Positions 27,459 to 36,538 of a DNA stretch of 38,286 nucleotides are shown in pieces (within the stretch, counting starts at the first letter, position 1; each line of letters begins with the position of its first letter). Below the pieces are notes generated by a model. It had not been told where the DNA came from. It did no database searches and saw only the letters and a program-made list of their open reading frames with translations. This DNA comes from Candidatus Magasanikbacteria bacterium CG10_big_fil_rev_8_21_14_0_10_47_10 (GTDB taxonomy: Bacteria > Patescibacteriota > Patescibacteriia > Magasanikbacterales > UBA922): NCBI GenBank assembly GCA_002773135.1, contig PFCB01000021.1, forward strand, positions 961-39,246, given 5' to 3'. Made by a program: the position numbers and the translations under genes.

Positions 27459-27608
27459 TTACTTAATAATCATGAGTGTATCCTTTAGAGATACGCCAAC
27501 ATATTCCTTCATTTCTTTACACACACTCTCAAGCGACAAATAGTTCGGAAAAGGACTCATGCGCTGTCGCTGACTCAAAAACGAATAATCTGCAGTATTC
27601 AGATGCAT
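27459..27608 (-). pseudogene. Probable N-terminal remnant of a seventh array paralog (49 codons)
   Basis: Manual translation: MHLNTADYSFLSQRQRMSPFPNYLSLESVCKEMKEYVGVSLKDTLMIIK*. It fills the A-B gap and resembles the paralog N-termini. Confidence 0.55.
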
Positions 27609-27618
27609 AACGATCTGA

Positions 27619-29085
27619 TTATATTTTTTTCACGATCCCAGCGTCCGCGTCCACCTCCACCATATCGCCGTCTTTCAATACCTTGGTCGCGATCTTTGTG
27701 CCGATGACGCAGGGGATGCCAAGCTCACGCGACACTATTGCCGCATGAGACGTGACACCGCCTTGGTTGGTGACAATGGCACTTGCTTTTTTCATGGCCG
27801 GGACAATATCAGGATCAGTGGCAATGGAGACCAGCACATCGCCCGTCTCCATTTTATCCATATCGTCGGCGCGGATGATAATCTTCACCTTGCCGGTCGC
27901 CTGTCCTACGCAACCGGTCTCACCCTGTAATTCCTGTGTATCAGTATCAATATCTTCTTCCAGGCTGGCGATCAGATCGCGTGCGCTTTCTCCAGTGAAC
28001 ACATGCTCATGATCCCGTTCACTGTAATACACGCATTCCTTTGCCCGCTCACGCAGTATGTTCTCATCAAACCGGTCATGCATAATCAGATGCTCCATTT
28101 CTGAATACATCACAAAACGTATTTGCTTCTCTGTCAAAAACTTTCGCTTTGCGATTTCACGCAAGATTGGAGACATGTGATGCACTGCCAACAGCTGCGC
28201 GTACCGCCGATATATCTTGGTCACCATAAAATCGCCATAGGCCTGCAAAATGGTTCGCCATTCGCCGGCAATCCCAAGCTCACCCATGAGCGCGTCCTTT
28301 TCTTGTTTGCCACGCTCAAAATCGTCATTCAATTTCCGAAGAAGTTCCCCGGCCGTCTTTTGTGAAGATAACGCCTCTTGAATTTGTCTTTTGTAGTCGT
28401 CTACTGTGTACTCACCGCTGACCCACAAATGCTTGGTGTAATAATATTTTTGCCAATGCGCTTTGAGATCTTCTTCAATATCTTCGCCCTGTTCCATTTT
28501 CTGCGCAATGCGAAGCAAGTCTTCTTGTTCAATCAAAATCAGAGATTTTTTTGTTGGCTGTGTCAATGTGACAAAGGTTTGATTCAAAGTCTCCTTGGGA
28601 ACGCCAATGCCGGTCAGATAGTCTTTCACCTTCTTTGTCAGATTCCCATGAAACATATCGCAACAGACCGGCATCCAGCCCCATGTGTAGTATTCCTGAT
28701 GAATGCGGTAATGCGTATCGTAAATCTCCCAAAGCTGCCGGTCAGAAAGCGTGTGCAGATCTGTCTGAGGAATAGAGTCACTGTACTCCCGGAGTTTATC
28801 CGCATGCGCCACAATTTGATCGTTCGTTTCTGAGGCAAATTCGGGCTCGCCAATAAACTTGTTCGCTAAAAATTCACCCACGTCATATGAATCATCTTTC
28901 CCAAAATAAAACCAGAGATTGTAATCCTGATACCGACAAAGAATTTTCTTGTAGGCCTTGCCAACATGCGTATCAAACGTGTCGACAAAACCTTTCATCC
29001 AAATTGTGGAGAAAAAAAGATCGCAGTTCGGAATATGTTCCGCCAGCATCCAGGGGTCGTTGTCGTGAAGGTGTTTTGGTTGCAT
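27619..29085 (-). CDS. Phospho-His swivel-domain protein, paralog A (488 aa)
   Basis: IVTNQGGVTSHAAIVSRELGIPCVIGTKIAT, DGDMVEVDA. Start at ATG 29085 (track start 29115). Confidence 0.9.
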   Translation of the reverse strand: MQPKHLHDNDPWMLAEHIPNCDLFFSTIWMKGFVDTFDTHVGKAYKKILCRYQDYNLWFYFGKDDSYDVGEFLANKFIGEPEFASETNDQIVAHADKLREYSDSIPQTDLHTLSDRQLWEIYDTHYRIHQEYYTWGWMPVCCDMFHGNLTKKVKDYLTGIGVPKETLNQTFVTLTQPTKKSLILIEQEDLLRIAQKMEQGEDIEEDLKAHWQKYYYTKHLWVSGEYTVDDYKRQIQEALSSQKTAGELLRKLNDDFERGKQEKDALMGELGIAGEWRTILQAYGDFMVTKIYRRYAQLLAVHHMSPILREIAKRKFLTEKQIRFVMYSEMEHLIMHDRFDENILRERAKECVYYSERDHEHVFTGESARDLIASLEEDIDTDTQELQGETGCVGQATGKVKIIIRADDMDKMETGDVLVSIATDPDIVPAMKKASAIVTNQGGVTSHAAIVSRELGIPCVIGTKIATKVLKDGDMVEVDADAGIVKKI

Positions 29086-29133
29086 AACAAAAGCTGTTCG
29101 CTCAGCTTTGCACATTTTGGCCGTTTTGTCAAC

Positions 29134-31440
29134 CTACTGCAGCGACTGTATTTTATCCTTTACATCCTCGTTAAACGGATTGAGGGACTGCACGCGTCGA
29201 AAGTATGTAAGCGCTTCGGCTCTGTTGCCCAAACGCTCGTATAGCAGCCCCAAACTATATAAGGCATTTGCATAGGTGGGGTCTTTTTCAATGGCAGACA
29301 GCCACAACTGCTCGGCGCGAGTAATATCATCTCCCTTATTTCTGTTAAAGACCAGCCGCCCCTGCTCGTAGAGAGCGCGTGCCGGCTCAATATTTTTGTC
29401 CACCATTTGCTGATACACGGCCACTGCTTTATCAATTTGGTTATGGCGTTCATACAGAGCGGCCAAACTCTGATAAGCCGCAATAAAATCCGCCCGAAGC
29501 GCGATAGCGCCATTGTACGATTCTGCGGCTTGGATGACATCATCGGAATAGTCTTTCACCAACCCCATCTGCCAGTGAAGGCGTGGATTATACGGATCAA
29601 GCGTCACGGCATGTTCCAGCGCTTCTGCCGCGCGTGCGTTTGCCTGCTTTGCGTTTTCATCATCCACCAATCCGCGCGCATTCATATACAGGATTGCCAA
29701 AGTCTGCCACGCATCCTTGCTTCCCGGGTATTCCTTTGCCGCCTTCAGCGCGTGATCCGTGGCCGCGGCCAGGGCAGAACCCAATCTTTCCGGATCTGAA
29801 GGATTGAGCGATTGCAGTCGCGCCTGTTCCAAATACCCCTGCGCCAAAGACAGCCGATATTCCAAATTTTTTGGCGCAAATAAAAGAGCCTCTTCTATTT
29901 TTTCCTGCGCCGCTGCCGGCGACACTGCTGCTGCCTGCGCGTACGCGCGTTCCGCCCGCACCATGTTTGACACAGCCAGACCGCCCATGCCAATACCAAT
30001 CGTAAGCAATACAAGAATCACGGTAATGATAACGGCTGAGTACGAGGTAATACGAATATCTTTGACAACAGACCGCAGCTGCTTTGGTGCAAGACTAGCA
30101 AGTCCAACGACTGTCATGGCCGTAAGAAACCACCATAACCACCAAAGCGCCGGACCATACGTATAGACCGCCATGCCGAGTGTGGCCACCACCCATGCCA
30201 CCCCAACCACAATGCCATCAACCTGAAAATGATTTCTGCGAGATGTGTCACGGTACAATTTTTCACGGGAAAACGCATTATATAGCTTTGTTTCTGACGA
30301 CAATTCCAAAAATGCATGCGTGGCGATGATAAACACAAGAACAATGCACAGCAAAAAAGACAATGAAAACAAAAATCCAAACTCCGCAGCAAATGAAAAA
30401 AATGTGTTATATGGTCGAATAAACGCAGGCGCTTGTGTATCTATTGGACCGGCAAATTGCACCGGCCGATACAACGCAAATGCCGCGTCAAATGTTCCCG
30501 GCCCCACGCCCAAAAGAAACGATTCCGTCCCAGAACCAAGTGTACTTTTCGCAATAAACCAGCTCGCGTTTGGAGAAAGTGTAATCTCGGGAGCCAGTTT
30601 CACTTTCACGCCGGCGGGAATACCCTGAACCGCAAAAAATATGGATGCAACGGCAAAAAGGCTCAAGATGGCAATAACCCACAAACGCATCCGAGGCGCC
30701 TGAAACCACCCAACCAATACCAACAGCACCAACCCCCCCGCAAATAAGGCAATCGCAAACGCAAATCCAACGCGTACCAGCACAGCGGCCGATAAAAGAA
30801 ACGCTAGGGCCGGCAGCAGCTGCATCCACCAATGCTTTTCTTTGTGCATGAGCATGCCCGCGCCAACGAGTCCAACCAATGCTGTGAACATGGCCAGTTC
30901 ACTTGCGCGTAATCCAATCAAATTCGATGGGGGCAAACCAAAAGGAAGCGAAGCAAGAAACCCCTGTGTCACGTCAAACTGCCCAAACAAAAAAACAAGG
31001 GCACTCAACCCAGTGGCCGCGAACACCACTGTCCACAGCATGTGCCATTGTCGTACTGATACTGTTTCCTGAATTGTTATCCACGCAAAAACAATGAGAG
31101 CCAAAACAAAAAAAACAGACAGACCACCGGTACTGGGACGGCCAACAAAGCTCTGATAGGGCAATAAAGAAAGAAATCCTGATACCAGTGTGGCAGCTAC
31201 CACGCAAATAAAAGCAATATCAAGCAAGCTACTCCGAATACATACGCTCCGATCAAGCACGATGCGAGCAAGCCAAAAAAACATCAGCGCCGCGCTGGCG
31301 ATGATCACCCAAAGCATTTTTGCGTCGACCACCGGCGCGCGCAGGCCTGTCAAATAAATCAGTGGCAACCCTGTTGTTGCCACCAATAAAAGTGTGAACG
31401 GCAATTTTTGAATATAAAACGTATACCAGGGTTGCTTCAT
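29134..31440 (-). CDS. Polytopic membrane protein (O-antigen ligase-like) with C-terminal TPR repeats
   Basis: About 12 or more TM segments, LLGVGPGTF and PYNTF..FAAEFG (Wzy_C-like), followed by TPR helices (e.g. ANALYSLGLLYERLG). Confidence 0.8.
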   Translation of the reverse strand: MKQPWYTFYIQKLPFTLLLVATTGLPLIYLTGLRAPVVDAKMLWVIIASAALMFFWLARIVLDRSVCIRSSLLDIAFICVVAATLVSGFLSLLPYQSFVGRPSTGGLSVFFVLALIVFAWITIQETVSVRQWHMLWTVVFAATGLSALVFLFGQFDVTQGFLASLPFGLPPSNLIGLRASELAMFTALVGLVGAGMLMHKEKHWWMQLLPALAFLLSAAVLVRVGFAFAIALFAGGLVLLVLVGWFQAPRMRLWVIAILSLFAVASIFFAVQGIPAGVKVKLAPEITLSPNASWFIAKSTLGSGTESFLLGVGPGTFDAAFALYRPVQFAGPIDTQAPAFIRPYNTFFSFAAEFGFLFSLSFLLCIVLVFIIATHAFLELSSETKLYNAFSREKLYRDTSRRNHFQVDGIVVGVAWVVATLGMAVYTYGPALWWLWWFLTAMTVVGLASLAPKQLRSVVKDIRITSYSAVIITVILVLLTIGIGMGGLAVSNMVRAERAYAQAAAVSPAAAQEKIEEALLFAPKNLEYRLSLAQGYLEQARLQSLNPSDPERLGSALAAATDHALKAAKEYPGSKDAWQTLAILYMNARGLVDDENAKQANARAAEALEHAVTLDPYNPRLHWQMGLVKDYSDDVIQAAESYNGAIALRADFIAAYQSLAALYERHNQIDKAVAVYQQMVDKNIEPARALYEQGRLVFNRNKGDDITRAEQLWLSAIEKDPTYANALYSLGLLYERLGNRAEALTYFRRVQSLNPFNEDVKDKIQSLQ

Positions 31441-31446
31441 ACGCGA

Positions 31447-33099
31447 CTATTTGTCGAACGGATCAGTAAAATCGATATTATCCGACGTATCGACAGATTT
31501 TTGAAAATTCTGCGGCGGGGCTTCTGCGTTTGAATTATTCGTTTTCCCGCCACGCCGCCTTTTTCTCTTTCTCTTTTTGGGCTGTCCGGATGATTCCGGA
31601 GAACCGGGCGTGCTTTCTGTTTCAGGTTCACGAGCTGCCGGCTTCAAGGCCACCAATGACACAGTTTTTTGCTCCACTCTTTCCACTTTTTTAGGCGCAA
31701 TTGATGTGCGCGATCCAATAGGGTTTTTTTCTTTCACCGGACGTTCGTCCTCGCCATCCTCGTCATCACCGGATTCTTCGGCAGGGGCAAGGCCACTCCA
31801 TCGCATGATTTTATCCTCGATATCAGATCGACGTAGCGCGTAGCGTTCTCTGGATACGCGGATGACCTTTTCCATTGATTCCGTAGGCGAGCCCAACGGC
31901 GGCAACGTCAGCGAACTAAACGGCAATGATGCCACACCATCAATCATCAATTTCAAAAGTATTTGAAATTTCGATAAGTTCACAATATCTTCTTCAATAA
32001 AGGTTGGCGCAAATTCCTTCGCAAGCATTTCCGCGTCCCCGGCTCCGACTCGAAAAGCCACGATGGTGCCAACGTTTCCAAATACCGCGTCCGCGACCAC
32101 TTCATCCAACTGCGCGACATATTGATGGGCCATGACCAAACTCAAACGGTATTTCCTGGCCTCCGATAGGATATTTGCAAAACTTGGTGTCGCAAAATTT
32201 TGAAATTCATCAACGTACAAAAAGAAATCTTTCCGCTCCGCCTCCGGCGTGTCCACGCGTTCCATGGCGGAAAGCTGGATTTTGGTAATAAGCATTCCTC
32301 CCAACAGCCGACTATTATCCTCGCCAATACGGCCTTTGGACAAGTTCATAATAATAATTTTCCGGCTGTCCATGGCTTCTCGAACATCCACGGTTGATTT
32401 CACCTGCGCGACCATATTTCGAATAACATTCGCGGACAAAAACTGACCAATCTTGTTTTGAATCGGCGCGACAGCTTCCTTTTGATACCGCGGTTCATAA
32501 TTTTCAAATTCATTATGCCAAAATCCCTTAATAACCGGATCTTTGACCGCCCGAACAACTTTTTTTCTAAATGGCTTGTCGGAAAGCAAACGGTTTATAC
32601 CCAACAATGTTGACCCGGGATATTCCAATAAGGCCAAAAGAGTATTATTCAAAATATATTCCATGCGGCTGCTCCACACATCCGGCCATATCTTTTTGAA
32701 GGTGGCCATAAGTCCTGCCGCGACCAAATGCTTTTGTTCATCATTTTGAACTTCCAAAATATTAAACCCAATCGGATAATCCGTATCCGACGGATTGATG
32801 TATACCACATCATTCATTCGCCAGGTTGGAATAAAGTTAATAATCTTTTCTGCAAAGTCACCATGCGGATCTACCAACCCAACGCCATGCCCCGCATAGA
32901 TATCATGAAGCATCATGTTTTCCATCATCGTCGATTTTCCCATGCCGGTCTTCCCAATAATGTACATGTGCCTACGCCTGTCATCGAGCTTTATGCCAAA
33001 ACGCCGCGGCTGATTGCGGAACGATGTTTGGGCGAACAGACAAATGTCCTGATCTTCTGGTTTTTCCGCGCCCGCTGGGCGCAAATATGGAGCTGGCAC
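31447..33099 (-). CDS. VirD4/TraG/HerA-like P-loop ATPase
   Basis: RRHMYIIGKTGMGKS (Walker A), DPHGD, LYVDEFQNF (Walker B), SEARKY. Start uncertain (GTG 33099 or track start 33135); TGnTATAAT upstream at about 33159-33167. Confidence 0.85.
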   Translation of the reverse strand: MPAPYLRPAGAEKPEDQDICLFAQTSFRNQPRRFGIKLDDRRRHMYIIGKTGMGKSTMMENMMLHDIYAGHGVGLVDPHGDFAEKIINFIPTWRMNDVVYINPSDTDYPIGFNILEVQNDEQKHLVAAGLMATFKKIWPDVWSSRMEYILNNTLLALLEYPGSTLLGINRLLSDKPFRKKVVRAVKDPVIKGFWHNEFENYEPRYQKEAVAPIQNKIGQFLSANVIRNMVAQVKSTVDVREAMDSRKIIIMNLSKGRIGEDNSRLLGGMLITKIQLSAMERVDTPEAERKDFFLYVDEFQNFATPSFANILSEARKYRLSLVMAHQYVAQLDEVVADAVFGNVGTIVAFRVGAGDAEMLAKEFAPTFIEEDIVNLSKFQILLKLMIDGVASLPFSSLTLPPLGSPTESMEKVIRVSRERYALRRSDIEDKIMRWSGLAPAEESGDDEDGEDERPVKEKNPIGSRTSIAPKKVERVEQKTVSLVALKPAAREPETESTPGSPESSGQPKKRKRKRRRGGKTNNSNAEAPPQNFQKSVDTSDNIDFTDPFDK

Positions 33100-33204
33100 A
33101 AGATGGCAATGAATGATTAATACTACCGAGGGCAAACGGCGTGGTATCTGACAACTAGATTATAGCACAATCTGCTCCCACGGAAACGTACTCCAACGAG
33201 TATC

Positions 33205-34284
33205 TCATGAACTATTTGTTAAACTATTAAACAACTCAAGTGCTTTCCTCTGGTCAGCGGGCGGTACCACATCATGCAGTCGATTACCCATATCCTTCAT
33301 TTTTTTTCTATTGGAGAGCAATTCCTTGATAGATTGCGCCAAGTGATTGCCATCGGTCGTCCTTTCATCCAGGAGCACTACTGCTTCTGCCCCTTCCAAA
33401 AAAGCGACATTCTCTTCCTGGTGTCCGGGTTTTGGAATCAAAATAGCCGGCTTGCGCAACGCAGCAAGCTCTGTAATCGTGCCAAAGCCACCACGCGAGA
33501 TGACGAGACTGGCAACCGCGTACGCGTCCTTCATTTCATGGGTAAAAAACGGGTAGGCCTTATACATCGGGAACTGCCGCTTCATTGGCTCAACCATATC
33601 CTGCGGACGCTCTTTTCCTGTCAGGTGAATGATCTGGCAAACACCGTCCAAATGTTGCGCGGCCTGCGCGATCATCTGATTTACTTTTAATGATCCTGTC
33701 CCGCCGCCGGTCGCGAACACAACCGGCAAGCTGCTCGACAACTTAAATATTTTCCTGGCGCGGCTTACCCGACCTTTGGTCATCTCGGCGCGAATCGGAT
33801 TGCCAAGCCAATGCGTTTTTTTCTTTGGAAAAAAGGGAACAGACTCCTGCAATGCCGTTGTTACCACCCATGCCATGGGCGTCATGAGTTTATTGGCCAG
33901 CCCCACCTGCACGTCCTGCTGATGAATCCATGTGGGAATTCCCAAAAACCACGCAGCCCAATGAAGCGGCACAGACACAAAGCCACCGGCTGAAATACAG
34001 ATATCCGGATCTTCGTGCCACAAAAAAACAATAGAATGAAAAAAACCAATGAATATTTTTGTAATATCAATAATATTCCAAAACGAAATGTACCGACGAA
34101 ATTTACCGGATGGCAAAGCAAAAAATGGTATATCATGCTCGGCCACCAATTTTTTTTCCGGTCCTTTTGTTGTTCCAACCCAAACAAAGGCAGCGTCCGG
34201 ATGCGCTTTTTGAATAACATCTTTTAGTGCCAGCAGAGGCGTGACGGGGCCAAGAGTTCCACCCCCGGAAAAAACAATTTTCAT
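33205..34284 (-). CDS. murG: UDP-GlcNAc:lipid I N-acetylglucosamine transferase
   Basis: GGGTLGP, GGFVSVP, HQQD, GLANK, GNPIR, GGGTGS, SRGG, HQEEN. Start at ATG 34284. Confidence 0.93.
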   Translation of the reverse strand: MKIVFSGGGTLGPVTPLLALKDVIQKAHPDAAFVWVGTTKGPEKKLVAEHDIPFFALPSGKFRRYISFWNIIDITKIFIGFFHSIVFLWHEDPDICISAGGFVSVPLHWAAWFLGIPTWIHQQDVQVGLANKLMTPMAWVVTTALQESVPFFPKKKTHWLGNPIRAEMTKGRVSRARKIFKLSSSLPVVFATGGGTGSLKVNQMIAQAAQHLDGVCQIIHLTGKERPQDMVEPMKRQFPMYKAYPFFTHEMKDAYAVASLVISRGGFGTITELAALRKPAILIPKPGHQEENVAFLEGAEAVVLLDERTTDGNHLAQSIKELLSNRKKMKDMGNRLHDVVPPADQRKALELFNSLTNSS

Positions 34285-34300
34285 AGTATTGTATAACGCA

Positions 34301-35425
34301 CTATATATCGCTTGCGTGCTTTGACACATTAACCAGCACACCCACCGAGGCCATGGCCAGCGCAAGCGCGGTTCCACCATGACTGATGAATGGCAGTGGC
34401 ACCCCGGTGATAGGCATCAGGCCAAGCATCGCGCCAATATTAAAAAAAGACTGAGCCATAAGCCAAATAATAATACCCACAACCAACAGTCTTCCAAAAT
34501 CATCTGGAGCATGACCGGCAACATGAAGCACCCGACGCGCGATCAAAAGCAAGAGAAAAATCAATCCCGCTGTCACGATAAATCCCATCTCTTCGGCAAT
34601 AATTGCGAAGACACTATCGGCATGCACTTCCGGCAAATACTGAAATTTTTGCTTTGAACCACCCAGACCCTGCCCCAGCCACCCACCGGAACCAACAGCT
34701 AAAAATGCTTGGTTAATATGATACCCTATCCCCTGTGGATCCAGCTCCGGATGCAAAAAAGTGGTAAAACGAGCCGCACGATATGGGGCAATAAAAATGA
34801 GGATAAAAAAAGCAATGACCGCGCAAGCCATAAGACCGGATAAATGAGACATTTTCGCGCCGGCCGCAAACAGCATCCCGAATACGATGACAAACAAAAT
34901 AGACGCAGTCCCAACATCCGGCTGAAGGATGGTGAGCACGATCGGTATCATGCCCAAACCAAGCGCGACAAGAAACCCATGCCTAAAATCATGCACGCCG
35001 CGTCCCAATTTGACGAGATACGCTGCAAGGAAAAAAATAGTCCCCAATTTCGCCAACTCGGCCGGCTGAAATGATACCGCCCCTATGCTGATCCAACTGC
35101 TGGCGCCGGTTCCCAAATTTGCGCCCACGCCCGGGATTAACAGGGTTACAAGCAATGCGACTGAAATATAAAATATCCAGGTTCCAATCGGCTTGAGTGT
35201 TTCGTATGGAAGTTTCGCGAAAAATAAAAAAGCAAAAAAACCAGGAGCAATGCCATAGACCAGCTGCCGTTTTACAAAAAAATATGTATCTTGAAACTTA
35301 TCAAAACCAATCACGGAACTGGCGGACGTCAGCATGATAAGTCCAAAAATGATCAAAATGATAAAATAAGAAAGCAGCACATAATCGGCCTCGCCTTTTT
35401 GTCTTTGGTGCGCCAGATGCTGCAT
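34301..35425 (-). CDS. ftsW: SEDS peptidoglycan polymerase FtsW
   Basis: SFQPAELAK, QPDVGT, GSGGWLGQGLG, YLPEVHAD, IAEEMG, PITGVPLPFISHGG; adjacent to murG. Confidence 0.92.
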   Translation of the reverse strand: MQHLAHQRQKGEADYVLLSYFIILIIFGLIMLTSASSVIGFDKFQDTYFFVKRQLVYGIAPGFFAFLFFAKLPYETLKPIGTWIFYISVALLVTLLIPGVGANLGTGASSWISIGAVSFQPAELAKLGTIFFLAAYLVKLGRGVHDFRHGFLVALGLGMIPIVLTILQPDVGTASILFVIVFGMLFAAGAKMSHLSGLMACAVIAFFILIFIAPYRAARFTTFLHPELDPQGIGYHINQAFLAVGSGGWLGQGLGGSKQKFQYLPEVHADSVFAIIAEEMGFIVTAGLIFLLLLIARRVLHVAGHAPDDFGRLLVVGIIIWLMAQSFFNIGAMLGLMPITGVPLPFISHGGTALALAMASVGVLVNVSKHASDI

Positions 35426-35430
35426 AGGTG

Positions 35431-35799
35431 CTATACGTTGAGAAAAACCAAAAGCGCGGCAACCACAATCAAAAAAATCTGACTCAGTAAGGCGGCGCCA
35501 TTTAATACATGAGCGGCAAATTTATCTTTGGGGAATAAAAACCAGCCAATAAACGCATTGACCAGGATGATGGACAAACCCGCCAGTGGAACATAAAAAA
35601 CTCTCTGCCACGGCCCGATCAAATCCACGCCAAACAAGACATTGTAATGCAAAAAAATGGCCGCTTCTTGGGGTCTGATATTCCAGGCAAGCCACCCCCA
35701 AATCAACAAATTTGCCGTCACGCTGGAAAGAAGCATGATTCTATTTGGCAAATGCCGGAGGTAGAGCTTCATCGGGTAGGTATCGAGAGGCATAGGCAT
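35431..35799 (-). CDS. Conserved small 3-TM membrane protein
   Basis: LHYNVLFGVDLIG loop between hydrophobic helices; 5 nt upstream of ftsW. Confidence 0.75.
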   Translation of the reverse strand: MPMPLDTYPMKLYLRHLPNRIMLLSSVTANLLIWGWLAWNIRPQEAAIFLHYNVLFGVDLIGPWQRVFYVPLAGLSIILVNAFIGWFLFPKDKFAAHVLNGAALLSQIFLIVVAALLVFLNV

Positions 35800-35812
35800 T
35801 GATAACGATCAA

Positions 35813-35863
35813 AGTATACTCTACACAGGTCCTCTTGACAACGCAATATACTTCTATTATACT
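35813..35863. promoter_or_regulatory. Divergent promoters with overlapping -35 boxes
   Basis: Plus strand: TTGACA(35835)-17-TATACT for rpmA. Minus strand: TTGTCA-17-TATACT(35813-35818) for the ftsW operon. Confidence 0.65.
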
Positions 35864-35939
35864 GGCGCCACTGACTATAGATGGCTTTCCTTAACCTGGA
35901 ATGCTCCCTCTGGTCAATTACTCTTAAAATGCGGACCGT

Positions 35940-36221
35940 ATGGCACATAAAAAGGCCGGTGGTTCTACAAGACTGGGGCGCGATTCGCAGCCACAATATC
36001 TTGGCACGAAGGTTGGCGACGGACAAACCGTGAAAGCCGGTATGGTACTGGTCCGACAGCGTGGTACGCGCATTCATCCGGGCAAGCATGTTGAAAAAGG
36101 CAAGGATGATACGCTGTACGCCATGATCGCCGGAATTGTAAAGTTTACCCAAAGAAAACGCATGCGTTTTGACGGGAAGCTCAAACCGGCGAAATTCGTG
36201 AATATTGAACCCGCCAAATAA
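35940..36221 (+). CDS. rpmA: 50S ribosomal protein L27
   Basis: [32 protein letters not shown]. Confidence 0.97.
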   Translation: MAHKKAGGSTRLGRDSQPQYLGTKVGDGQTVKAGMVLVRQRGTRIHPGKHVEKGKDDTLYAMIAGIVKFTQRKRMRFDGKLKPAKFVNIEPAK

Positions 36222-36247
36222 AAAAATCCGCCATGGCGGATTTTTTT
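36221..36247 (+). terminator. Rho-independent terminator of rpmA
   Basis: AAAAAATCCGCC-AT-GGCGGATTTTTTT. Confidence 0.85.
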
Positions 36248-36307
36248 ATTATTGACTTTCAACTATATCATCTGTATCTTTATTTTGTCACTTCCATGAG
36301 GGGAACT

Positions 36308-36511
36308 ATGAGTTCTAACAAGGTTAAAGACTCGGACCGCCGCCTGAGTGGACCGTCGACCATGCTCGTCTGCGTGGTACTGATGGTAGGCATCCTGCTC
36401 GTCAGCTGCATGGACAGCGTCGACACGGCGGGAAAGATCCTACTGTGGACCTGCCTGACCCTGATCGCGCTGCTGCCGATCCCCTTGGGAGGCGTGCCGT
36501 ATGATGCGTGA
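36308..36511 (+). CDS. Small hypothetical 2-TM membrane protein
   Basis: TTGACT-17-TATCTT at 36252-36280, GAGGGG RBS, ATG 36308; two hydrophobic helices; raised GC. Confidence 0.5.
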   Translation: MSSNKVKDSDRRLSGPSTMLVCVVLMVGILLVSCMDSVDTAGKILLWTCLTLIALLPIPLGGVPYDA

Positions 36512-36538
36512 TGAGCATCACCACAATAGAGCCTACCG

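Noticed and set aside
19596-29085. Integron cassette array or diversity-generating retroelement
   Set aside because: Genes overlap or abut with no attC-like sites; no integrase, reverse transcriptase or adenine-specific TR/VR pair was seen.
31447-33135. Integrative conjugative element
   Set aside because: No relaxase, integrase, VirB genes or att sites; the context is housekeeping.
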